A stretch of 64,000 nucleotides of DNA, taken from positions 335,730,001 to 335,794,000 of the forward strand of contig OZ024740.1 in assembly GCA_964016885.1 (NCBI GenBank). The letters are read 5' to 3'. The notes under the pieces were generated by a model, which was given only the letters and a program-made list of their open reading frames with translations, did no database searches and was not told where the DNA came from. Each line of letters opens with the position of its first letter. The first letter of the stretch is position 1. The translations under genes and the position numbers were made by a program. Positions 41,199 to 51,300 of this stretch are shown here, in pieces. This stretch comes from Eledone cirrhosa (taxonomy: Eukaryota).

Positions 41199-44100
41199 TT
41201 ACAGATATATACTCAGAGTCGGCCCATTCACTCGGGCCATTCTTGCTTCTCTCACCCATCTTTCAACAAAATGCTGGGAAGAGAGCACTTCCTTCTCTAC
41301 TCTGATTTTCCTTTTCAAATGAAATTTGAAAAAGTCAATCAGAGCATCACCGAAGAGGTAATTGCTCGTCTTCAGCCCTTTCAAACGTGTCCACCATACT
41401 ATCTCTTTCGCCATGGCCACCAGACAGATAAAAACTGCCTGCCCTTCCCGGCTAAAGGAGGAGGGCGGGGCAATCCTCACGATAGACTCAGATGATAGCT
41501 GGATCCGTCCTAAACGCGACAGCAGGTGTTCGACATAAACCCACAAGTCAGCAATTTTCGGACACTGGACGAGTGCGTGCAGGACGGTTTCGTCGCCCTG
41601 CGCGCATCTCGGACATGCCCGGCTGACGGCACCTCCATGCCTGTAGAGTTTATCCCGAACTGGCAAGGCTCCTCGGTAGCACTGCCAGGCCAGAGATTTC
41701 TGGAAGTTGTCCATAGGCCCTGGCCCGAAAGTTCTTCCGAAGAGATTGGCTAGTTGATTTTCGTCGACGCCTAGAGTTTCCCCAAGTACGTCGTCGCTCT
41801 TCCCCTCCACTAATCCTCTATAGAACGCCGAGGTGGAGTTTCCACCGATCACATTGCCCGATTGGTCGAGGGCTGTGAGCGCCTGAAGACATTCCAGTCT
41901 CCAGGCGCTCCCTCTCGGTCTTCGCTTGACCCAGGACTGCAGCTCCGTCAAGGAAACGAGCTGGGGAAAAACGCGTCTAGCAAACGGCGACCACACCTGA
42001 TCACCGTCGAGGAAGAGGTGGAGATGTCGTAGCCTGAGCGTGTGCCTGCGCATCATCAGCCACGGCATGCCCAGCCCTCCACGTAGCGGGTGTTGACAAC
42101 AGATGGACCGCCTGACCATCGGAGCACGTCCCTTCCACAAAAAGCGAAAGAGCAAACGCTCCAGCGCAGTCAGGCGAGGCTTAGGACAAGGTACGACGGT
42201 TAGGCGGTAGCAGATGACAGACGCGATGTACGCGTTAGCCACCTCCGCTCGACCTTTCAGGGATAGCTTCCTCTCCGCCCATTTCTGGGTGAGAGAAGCC
42301 ACCCTGCTCGTCACCTCGTCCCAGTTTTTGTCCGTCTGGAGGTCCGGACCGAACCAGACCCCTAGCAATTTAACCGGTCCGTCCGTCCAGCGCCCGACGA
42401 CGCTGTTGGACGGCATGGACCTGCCTCTCCAGGTGCCGAGCTGCAGGCCCACTGACTTTTCCTGGTTGATCATTGCTCCTGTCACCGCTTCGTATTCTCT
42501 TAGTGTAGTGCCGATCGCCTCGATGTGTTTGGCGTTCGACACCACTACGGTGACATCGTCCGCATATGCTGACACGGATCTTCCGCATCCTAGTTCGCGC
42601 GGGACTCCCCTCAACGTCTCCAGTTTGTGCAGTAATGGCTCGAGAGTCAATACGTACAAGAGGGACGAGAGGGGACATCCTTGGCGGACCGAGCGCATGA
42701 TGTTGAACGGTTCCGACAGGTGACCGTTCACTCTCACCACAGAGCAGATGTCGCTGTGCATGGCAGCGATCCAGCCTCTGAAGACGGGCCCAAAGCCAGC
42801 CGCCCTCAGGACTGCCGCTAGGTAACGATGGTCGACCCTATCGAAAGCTTTCGACTGATCTAAATTGATCAAGGACCCACCCGTGCCAGGTTCCCTAGCT
42901 ACCCTCTCTACGATGTATCGCATGAGGTGGAGGTTGTCGTGGATGGATCTGTCGGGAATGGCGCATGTCTGCGCCTCTCCCACCAGACCACCAACGACAA
43001 GCGCCAACCTCTTTGCTAGCACCTTGGCCAAAATCTTAAACTCTGTGTTTAGCAGAGTTATGGGCTGGAAATTGTCTATGTTATCCCCCTTGTTCGGATC
43101 CTTTCTCAGCAGTGCCACCGCTCCTCGGCTCACAGAACTGGGAATTCTCCCGTTCTGTTGCCAGTTGCAGTAGACGTCCGCCAAGAGGCCTCCGAACAAG
43201 TCTGGCATCTGTACGTAAAGTTCATAGGGCAGACCATCCAAACCAGGCGATTTACCCCTTGTGCAGCCAGTCATTGCCTCCCGTACTTCAGCGGCTGTTA
43301 TCGGCTTTTCGCAACACGTCGCCTCAGTGGCCGAGAGCCGCGGCAGTCCGTCGAGGTAGACACTAAAGTCCATCCCTCTACCCGGCCCCCCGCTGCCCCC
43401 GAACAGCTGAGCGAAGTGTCGCTGAAAAGCTTCACACATTTGCCCGGGATCGAGTAGCATGCGCCCGTCGTGGTCCACCAAAGACCGGATCGTGGCTTTG
43501 TTGCCACGACGCGCCTCCGCCACTCGGGCCCATTGAACGGCTTTCGTCCCCTCGTGTCTGAGAGCACGCACCCTAGCTCTGACAACGCAGCCTTCGTGCT
43601 TTGCATTGAAGAATTGGTCAAGGGCCAATTTCGCCGCAAGCACGTCGGTCGCAATGCCTTTGCTAAGCGCCTCGTCTAATTTTCTAACTAGTTCTCCCTC
43701 TGCTCTATTTTTCTCTATTGCTAAAGCCTTACTAAACCTAATCGATTCTATTCTAATCGCTCTTTTCAGAGCAAACCACCACTTGTTGTTGACGATGGCC
43801 CCCGTCAACGCCCGCTTAACTAGTTCGCTCATCCGGTCTCTGTAGGCCTTGCGCGCTGGTAAGGACGCGTTTAGCTTCCAGTAGCCGGGTCCTCGTCTAT
43901 GAAGCCTATCTAAGTCAAGCACACAGGTCACGAATTTGTGGTCCGTGTAGCTGACTATCTTGAATTGTGGACAGCCTATGCTAGACCTATCTATTTCCCT
44001 ACAAAATACTCTATCTAGATATGATCTGGATGACCCTATGCGGTTTGTCCAAGTCCACATTGGCACATTCGGGAAATCCAATCGGTACCTGTCAGACAGT

Positions 44101-44618
44101 TCAAAACGCCTGAGCAGGTTGGTGAGGCTCTTGCACCCTCCACCCCTATCCGCTAATCCCACACAGTCCCAGCGTGCATCTAAGATCCCGTTCCAGTCGC
44201 CCACTAACACTAAAGAGCGGGACGTTCCAAGAAAGGTCTCCAGACGCCGGAAGAAATCAGGCCGCCCTGCTCCTGTCGGGGCATAGACGGCCACTAGCCT
44301 GAAAGCTTGCCCGTCTCCGCTGGTCACGTCCAGCACCACCAGCTTACCCTCTGGGTCCAGGAAGATGGCCCGTATGGCGAGATCCAAACCTCTCCGAAAA
44401 AGCACAGCAACTCCTCCACCCGATCCAGGACGGCTGGGAGATGCGTACACATCGTAGCCGCCGAAGATCGGTGCGAAGGCCCGTGCTTCGGAGATTCTGG
44501 TCTCGCTGATGGCCACTACATCTATGTTTAGTGACCTGAGGTCGTTGAGCAGGTGACCCTGCTTCCATGACGACCCCAAGCCACGCGCATTTATGCTGCC
44601 TATTCTGAGTGAGGTCAT
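41199..44618 (-). CDS. ORF2: APE endonuclease, reverse transcriptase and C-terminal CCHC zinc finger (1139 aa)
   Basis: GSINARG, ISETR, VYAP, GDWNG, SYLDRVF, YTDH; KSPGLDG, KAFD, VRQGCPLS, AYADD; CPRC..ETVLHALVQC. NFQPI and CPLSSL deviate from the usual RPI and PLSP, so activity is uncertain. Confidence 0.96.
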   Translation of the reverse strand: MTSLRIGSINARGLGSSWKQGHLLNDLRSLNIDVVAISETRISEARAFAPIFGGYDVYASPSRPGSGGGVAVLFRRGLDLAIRAIFLDPEGKLVVLDVTSGDGQAFRLVAVYAPTGAGRPDFFRRLETFLGTSRSLVLVGDWNGILDARWDCVGLADRGGGCKSLTNLLRRFELSDRYRLDFPNVPMWTWTNRIGSSRSYLDRVFCREIDRSSIGCPQFKIVSYTDHKFVTCVLDLDRLHRRGPGYWKLNASLPARKAYRDRMSELVKRALTGAIVNNKWWFALKRAIRIESIRFSKALAIEKNRAEGELVRKLDEALSKGIATDVLAAKLALDQFFNAKHEGCVVRARVRALRHEGTKAVQWARVAEARRGNKATIRSLVDHDGRMLLDPGQMCEAFQRHFAQLFGGSGGPGRGMDFSVYLDGLPRLSATEATCCEKPITAAEVREAMTGCTRGKSPGLDGLPYELYVQMPDLFGGLLADVYCNWQQNGRIPSSVSRGAVALLRKDPNKGDNIDNFQPITLLNTEFKILAKVLAKRLALVVGGLVGEAQTCAIPDRSIHDNLHLMRYIVERVAREPGTGGSLINLDQSKAFDRVDHRYLAAVLRAAGFGPVFRGWIAAMHSDICSVVRVNGHLSEPFNIMRSVRQGCPLSSLLYVLTLEPLLHKLETLRGVPRELGCGRSVSAYADDVTVVVSNAKHIEAIGTTLREYEAVTGAMINQEKSVGLQLGTWRGRSMPSNSVVGRWTDGPVKLLGVWFGPDLQTDKNWDEVTSRVASLTQKWAERKLSLKGRAEVANAYIASVICYRLTVVPCPKPRLTALERLLFRFLWKGRAPMVRRSICCQHPLRGGLGMPWLMMRRHTLRLRHLHLFLDGDQVWSPFARRVFPQLVSLTELQSWVKRRPRGSAWRLECLQALTALDQSGNVIGGNSTSAFYRGLVEGKSDDVLGETLGVDENQLANLFGRTFGPGPMDNFQKSLAWQCYRGALPVRDKLYRHGGAVSRACPRCAQGDETVLHALVQCPKIADLWVYVEHLLSRLGRIQLSSESIVRIAPPSSFSREGQAVFICLVAMAKEIVWWTRLKGLKTSNYLFGDALIDFFKFHLKRKIRVEKEVLSSQHFVERWVREARMARVNGPTLSIYL

Positions 44619-44652
44619 GTTTAAATAGAGTGGAAAAGATGGGAAAGACCAC

Positions 44653-46746
44653 TTACCGTACTTTTGGTAGAGGAGGGATGGTTTTTACATCCCTTTTCAC
44701 TTGATCGTCTGGTGAAGGGACCGTTGAATCGTCCCTTCGGCTGGTCGTCGGCTCTTCTAAGAGAATGTCTGAATATACTCTTCGATTGATGGTTCCTCCT
44801 AGGTCCCTGAAATCACCAACTGCGTTGGGGAATTTCGTTTTAATGTTTGTGTATTGTTTCTGTGCTATTTTTAGCAGTCTTATGTTAGTTGGCGTTTTGA
44901 TTGGTGCTGGTATTATGTAGTCCTGTTGTGAAATGTCTGTGTGTTCAATTATGTAAGTCATTAGTTTCTTGTTGTGTGTGTTTATTGCCGTGCATTTGTT
45001 TTTCTGGGGGTGGGGTGTGGTTCTGCTATTTTCTTGTCGTTGTTGCTGGGTGTGTGTGTTTTGTTGTTGTGTTTGCGATGTTGGTGCTTGTGGTGGTGGT
45101 GTTGAAGGTGTTGTTGGCGGTGGGGTTGTCGCCGGTGGTGATGGTGGTGCTGGTGTGGGTGGTGATGGTGTTGGTGGTGTTGCTGCTGTGGGTCTCTTTG
45201 CAGTAGACTTTACCCTTTTCTCATTTCTTTCCTCCCTTTTCAAAGGCGACGATGCGCTGCTTCTGCGTTTGTGCCTTCTTGCGACCTTTTGCCATCCCTC
45301 TCCCACCTCACACTCCATGTCTGATTCTGTAAGGTCGGGGAGGGGTACCAGCTCCACTCTTTCACTTGTTGTTGTTGGTGATGTTTGCACTGGAGTCTCT
45401 GTTGCAGCTGCATTTGGTATTGCTGTTGTTGTTGTTAATATTTCCACTGCTGCTGCTGTCTTTGATTTCCGTGGAGTGGGTATGGGTGCCACGGACCTAT
45501 CGTTCCTGGTTGCCGCTTGTCCTGTTGCTGGTAGCCGTGGAGCCGGATTCGGAAGGAGGGGGGTTTTCTCCTTTCTCAGGGTCTTCTCGTTGCAGAAGGC
45601 CCTGAGGTGAGTCTTCGATCCACAGCGAAAGCATTTCGGGCGTTTGCCCTCAACACTTATGGGCAGTTGAGTGCCGTTATCGAAGTCTATCACATCCGGG
45701 ATAGCTTCGATGCACTCCTGGTTGGTTTGGATTAGCATCTCAATGGAGGAGCCGACCCAATCTTCTCTTACTTTTTTCTGTACTTGCAGTACAGTTGTTT
45801 TGTCCTCGATTCCGACGAGGACAGACGCGGCCAGCCAAGAAGGGGTCATTCCGGGGGGGACGTGGGTCAGTTTGACCCTCACAATTTTTTGCCCGCAGTA
45901 GGAGGGCACCAACACCATTTCCTCGCTCCTTAGGGTCACTACTGATTGGGCCTTTGCCTCCTGGGGTGTGGCAAAAAGTACGTCTACGGTGGCGTATTTT
46001 TTGCCTCGGGTGATGTGCGTTTTCCTCTGCCACACAGACCCCAAGGCTTTTTGTATTTGGGCCTCTGTGGCTCTTTCCACCCTACGGGATTTTGTACTTA
46101 CTGTACGGTACGTGACCGTACAGTGCTCTTGGGTTTCGAAAAAATTTTTCGCTGCCTTGCAGATTGCTCGGTGTCCGTTCTTTGTCACCATCTTCTTCGC
46201 TTCCTCTAATTCCTCATTTGTTATGAGGATTGTTTCCAAGTTTTTCGCAATACCTGCAAATGAGATTGGTTTTTCTCTGCTGTTGTTGTTGTCGTCAGAG
46301 CTGCTGGTACTTTTGTTGCTGCAGGTACTACGACTACTGCCTCCGCCGCTGTTGCTGTGGTTGTTGTTGGTGTTGCTGCTGCTAATGCTGTTGTTGTTTA
46401 TGCTGCTGGTGATGCTGTTGCGGCTGCTACTGTTGTTTTCATTGTCACTGTTGCTGTTGTTATTACGGCTGCTACTGCTATTATTCCTGACGTCAGACGA
46501 ATGAACTGGGTTTTCGTATTTCCCGCACACCTGTTTCGTCGCTGTCGTCGTCATCGTGGAGAAACCTTGCACGCTTTGCACGAGACTTTTCTTTTCTTTC
46601 GTCGCTTGCGAAAGAGAAGGGAGGGAGAGAGACACATTTAAAGAAGGGAGGGAGAGAGACAATCTTCTCTCTGCTGTAGTGATGATTGAGGAAGAAGAAG
46701 ACGGAATGAGTGGGAGTGACGTATGAAATTTCTTTTTGGTAGCCAT
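44653..46746 (-). CDS. ORF1: nucleic-acid-binding protein (~697 aa) with Asn/Ser-rich N-terminus, RRM-like middle, one CCHC knuckle and a Pro/Thr-rich linker
   Basis: Open frame, first ATG at 46746; RPKCFRCGSKTHLRAFC; homologues in families B3, C and D. The RRM assignment is inference. Confidence 0.9.
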   Translation of the reverse strand: MATKKKFHTSLPLIPSSSSSIITTAERRLSLSLPSLNVSLSLPSLSQATKEKKSLVQSVQGFSTMTTTATKQVCGKYENPVHSSDVRNNSSSSRNNNSNSDNENNSSSRNSITSSINNNSISSSNTNNNHSNSGGGSSRSTCSNKSTSSSDDNNNSREKPISFAGIAKNLETILITNEELEEAKKMVTKNGHRAICKAAKNFFETQEHCTVTYRTVSTKSRRVERATEAQIQKALGSVWQRKTHITRGKKYATVDVLFATPQEAKAQSVVTLRSEEMVLVPSYCGQKIVRVKLTHVPPGMTPSWLAASVLVGIEDKTTVLQVQKKVREDWVGSSIEMLIQTNQECIEAIPDVIDFDNGTQLPISVEGKRPKCFRCGSKTHLRAFCNEKTLRKEKTPLLPNPAPRLPATGQAATRNDRSVAPIPTPRKSKTAAAVEILTTTTAIPNAAATETPVQTSPTTTSERVELVPLPDLTESDMECEVGEGWQKVARRHKRRSSASSPLKREERNEKRVKSTAKRPTAATPPTPSPPTPAPPSPPATTPPPTTPSTPPPQAPTSQTQQQNTHTQQQRQENSRTTPHPQKNKCTAINTHNKKLMTYIIEHTDISQQDYIIPAPIKTPTNIRLLKIAQKQYTNIKTKFPNAVGDFRDLGGTINRRVYSDILLEEPTTSRRDDSTVPSPDDQVKRDVKTIPPLPKVR

Positions 46747-47159
46747 GTTTTTTTGTTTAAAATGAAATTTTGGGTACAAAACCCCAATAACTGGTTATTT
46801 AACCCCGAAGGGCCAAATAACGGACAGAAAGACCCCTCTCACGAGGAGGAGGGTGTCTTTATCAACAATTTGGTTCAAGTTTTAAACAATTTACAATTGT
46901 TTTAACGGTTAAAAATTACTATACCTTACAGAGCCGAGCCTCCGTCAACCATGGCATTCAATAATAATAATAATAATAATAATAAAATATAGTAATAATA
47001 AGACGCACGAGGTGACGGAGGTCATGAAATCGCTCCCGTAAGTTTTGAATTTTTAACATATTTAAATCATTTGTGAAATAACAACTCTTAGTACAAATGC
47101 TACGTAAAGCACCCGGCTTGAGCCCCAAAAAAATTCGGACCCAAAATATATTGTTATAA

Positions 47160-47805
47160 GGCTCAAATATTCAAATATTCAACTTTGTATTGTACACTGT
47201 ATATCCCCAAAAAAATGGCTATAAATGGAAGAAGAAGAACCCCCCCCCCCCCTCCTCTCCTCTGGCTACACTATATAGGACAGCTAAACTCACCAACACC
47301 AGAAACTAGATACACCACCCACCCCATCATCTGTGTACACTAAACACAACAGCATTTTCACCTTCACCGCCACCGCTCACTACGGCCATCATTACCACCA
47401 CTATCCCATCACCGCCGCCACCACCCCTTGACTCCTTCACTGCTGCTGCCACCGCTACAGCACCATCACTACAGTAATACGGCTCAAATATTCAAATATT
47501 CAACTTTGTATTGTACACTGTATATCCAAAAAAAAATAAAATGGCTATAAATGGAAGAAGAAGAACCCCCCCCCCCCTCCTCTCCTCTGGCTACACTATA
47601 TAGGACAGCGAAACTCACCAACACCAGAAACTAGATACACCACCCACCCCATCATCTGTGTACACTAAACACAACAGCATTTTCACCTTCACCGCCACCG
47701 CTCACTACGGCCATCATTACCACCACTATCCCATCACCGCCGCCACCACCCCCTGACTCCTTCACTGCTGCTGCCACCGCTACAGCACCATCACTACAGT
47801 AATAC
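47160..47805 (+). repeat. Tandem duplication of ~320 bp (47160-47480 / 47481-47805) in the Dong leader
   Basis: GGCTCAAATATTCAAATATTC...CTACAGTAATAC occurs twice, near-identical; single copy at ~30166-30486. Confidence 0.93.
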
Positions 47806-48373
47806 GGTCGCATCACCGCCACCACTGCCTCGGTATCGACATCACCACCACCACTGTCTCAGTATCGCCAACGCCGCCAGTCTCTGCTGGCTACCACTTC
47901 CACATTATAGAATTCCTACTACTAACAAAGAGGAAGGCATCAAAATATATAGATAGACTCAAAAGAAAAAAGAAAAAACAAACAAAAGCAGCACAGCAAC
48001 AACAGTAAAAAACCAGAAAAACAGAGAAAAACAAAAACAAAAAAAGAAACCCCAAAAACGTAAAGAAAATAAGAATGAAGAGAGAAGCAGGCGGACGGAC
48101 AGAGAAGAGGGGGGAAAAAGTAAAACTTAAAAAACAAAAACTAAGTCAGACATTCGAATACTACATTACAATGAAACTTATGCTTATTCATTTTTGGGGC
48201 GCTTTCTGCCCGTGTGTTTGTTTGTTTATGTGTGTCCGTATACAGCGTGGTGATAATGCCACACAAGGGCTAAGTGGGATGGCGGATCCACAGATGGCTA
48301 TGTAAACATACATTCGCCAATCCTCGATAAGAGTGTTTAAATATCGAACATAAACAGTTCGAATAACGGTGAA

Positions 48374-51300
48374 ATGGAGACTAGAACGTCATGTGACAGA
48401 CTCTCACCCAACAGGTGCCCCCTGGCTCAGCAGCAGGAACCTGACTGTCAACCAAATACTGCTGATGTTGGAGGAAGAAGAAGAAGGAAAGGGGCCAGAA
48501 CCAACTGGACGAAAGAATTGAATAGAACTGTTATGCAATGCTACCTGAAAAGTAACCCCAAGGAGAGGGGCTACAGGAGACGGATGCATAACATCTGGAA
48601 CGAGATTGGTTTATTTAAATTAGATGAACAAAAATTGGCCGGGCAGGCTCGGGTAATAAGAACTAATGGGTGGATAAGCGAGCTGGAACTGGAGGAACTG
48701 AGCAGAGAGAATGGCTTGGAGATGGCGGGTGTAGTATGCCAGACAAGCGAGCCGGCGGGAAATGAAGGTGAGGAGGTCCTGAGAACGGAGGAACCACCCG
48801 AAGCAGACAATGATCTGAATACTGAGATAAATAATACCTGGAACAGAGATACGGCCACTGAGGAGATGAATGCTGACGGGCTAGGACAAGATTCGGTTGA
48901 CATCCTAAATTTAGTGGTAGATGAGTTGAACAATGATAGTGGGAGACCTATGAACCTAAGATTTGTAGACAGGAAAAAGTTAAAAGAAACAACAGCTAAG
49001 GTAAACAAAGTCATCCCATACCTTGAGGCGAGGAGTCTTCACCAGTGCAACAATATCCTCAAAGCAACAGCAAATACGGTGAGGAAACTACTTGGTATAA
49101 AAGCGAGAGGAAACAACAGACAAGAAAGAGCAGAGCCGTGGTGGAAGAAGCGACTGAGTGGGCAAATCGGGGAAATGAGAAATGACATAGGAAAGCTTGA
49201 GTCACTACTGAATGGGACACTAAAAAACATAGGCACTAAAAATAGACTGGAAATAAAATACAAAACTAGGAGTAAAAAGCTAAATATTATCATAGAGGAA
49301 TTGAAGCAACGCATTGTAGCAAAGAGTGCCAAAATCAGGCGATACGAGAACAGGGTCAGTCAGTATAAACAGAACCGCATGTTCGACAACAACCAGAAGA
49401 TGCTGTTTGGACAGCTTGAGGGGAAAGAAAGAGGCAACGACTTGATCCCTGGGGCGGAACAAGCTAAAACATTCTGGAGAGGAATATGGGAGCAGGATGT
49501 TAGACACAATGCCCAGGCAGGGTGGATTGAGACAGTACAGAGGGAGATCGGTGAGCAGGCACAGCAACAGACTGATTTGAGTATCACAGTTGAAACTCTT
49601 AAGGGGCAAGCCAAAAAACTAACCAACTGGAAATCACCAGGCCCAGATGGTGTGCAGGGGTATTGGATTAAACATTTAACATCCCTCCACCCGAAGCTGA
49701 CGGCCATGTTCAATGACTGCTTGGTGTCGGGTGAGGTGCCAGAGTGGTTGACAAAAGGTACCACAGTTCTGATAATGAAAGACCGAATCAAGGGTAATGA
49801 TGTTACCAACTATAGACCTATCACATGTCTGCCCGTAATGTGGAAACTGTTGACGAGCATTGTGTCTGAGGAAATCTGCCATCACCTCCACACAAACAAC
49901 TTGTTGCCGAACGAACAGAAAGGATGCCGAAAGAAGTCACGTGGTACAAAGGACCAGTTGCTTATTGATAAGATGGTAATGGGGAATTGCAGGAGGAGAC
50001 ACACTGATCTTGCCATGGGATGGATAGACTACAGAAAGGCATTTGACATGGTGCCTCATTCCTGGATCACCAAAAGCCTGGAGATCTTCAGGGTGGCAGA
50101 TAACATCAGACAGTTGCTGGGCAGGAGTATGGGGTCCTGGGAGACAGAGTTGACATCAACTGGAGTATCCTTGGGAAGCGTGAAGATCAAGAGAGGTATC
50201 TTCCAGGGAGATAGCCTGTCCCCTCTGTTGTTTGTCCTTGCCCTGATGCCCTTGACCATTATGCTGCGAAAAGTGAGAGCAGGATACAAGTTGGGAAGGG
50301 GAGAGCTTACCATCAATCACCTCCTCTTCATGGACGATCTTAAGCTCTTCGGGAAAAGTGAGAAGGAGTTGGATGTGCTTGTTGACACTGTCCGTATTTT
50401 CAGCAGTGATATATGTATGCAGTTTGGTATTGGTAAATGTGGAGTCATTGTGATGAGGAGGAGTAGGTTGAGCAGAAGTAACGGGATCCAGATACCAACA
50501 GGTGAGATGATAAAGGAAATTGACTCTGAGGAAGGATACAAGTATTTGGGCGTTCTGGAGGCTGATGGCATAAAGAACAAAAAAATGAAGGAATTGTTAA
50601 GAACTGAATACATTCGGAGAGTAAGGAGCGTATTGAAGTCACATCTGAACAGCAGAAATGCCATAAGCGCAGTAAATTCCCGAGCTGTGTCTATTATTAG
50701 GTACAGTGCGGGAATTCTGAGATGGAATGTTGCTGAACAAAAAGAAATGGATAGGAAGACTAGGAAGCTATTGACTATCTACAACATGTTCCACAAGAGG
50801 AGTGATGTCGATAGACTCTACCTAAGGAGATCTGAGGGTGGAAGAGGTCTTATCAGCATAGAGGACTGTGTTCAGATGGAGAAAAACAACCTATACAAAT
50901 ACGTGACCTATAGTAAGGAGCCAATGCTCAGAGCTGTACTGAAGGAGGGGACAGTAGGCCAGGGGATACCCAAGGAGGAAATAACATCAAGGAGGAAGAG
51001 CAGCCTTAAGGGAAAATCCCTTCATAGTACCTTCTTTGAGAAAACTGAATTTAGAGATCCACAGAGATGGAACTGGTTGAGAAGAGGAGACCTCAAAAAG
51101 GCTACAGAAGGAATGCTAATGGCTGGGCAGGAGCAGGCCCTCAAAACGAAGTGGTTGAAGCACCATATCTACAAGGAGGAGGCTAGCCCACTGTGCAGGA
51201 TCTGTGGAGAGAGAGAGGAGACTGTGGCTCACATTGTGTCCGAGTGTAAACACCTAGCCCAGACCCACTATAAGGGCTGGAGACACGATGTGATGGGCAG

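Larger units (their letters stand above)
40936..46959 (-). mobile_element. Full-length Tx1-clade LINE, family B copy 2, both ORFs open
   Basis: 5' UTR ~210 nt, ORF1, 34-nt spacer, ORF2, 3' UTR with AATAAA, (TTA)n on both flanks. Confidence 0.96.
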
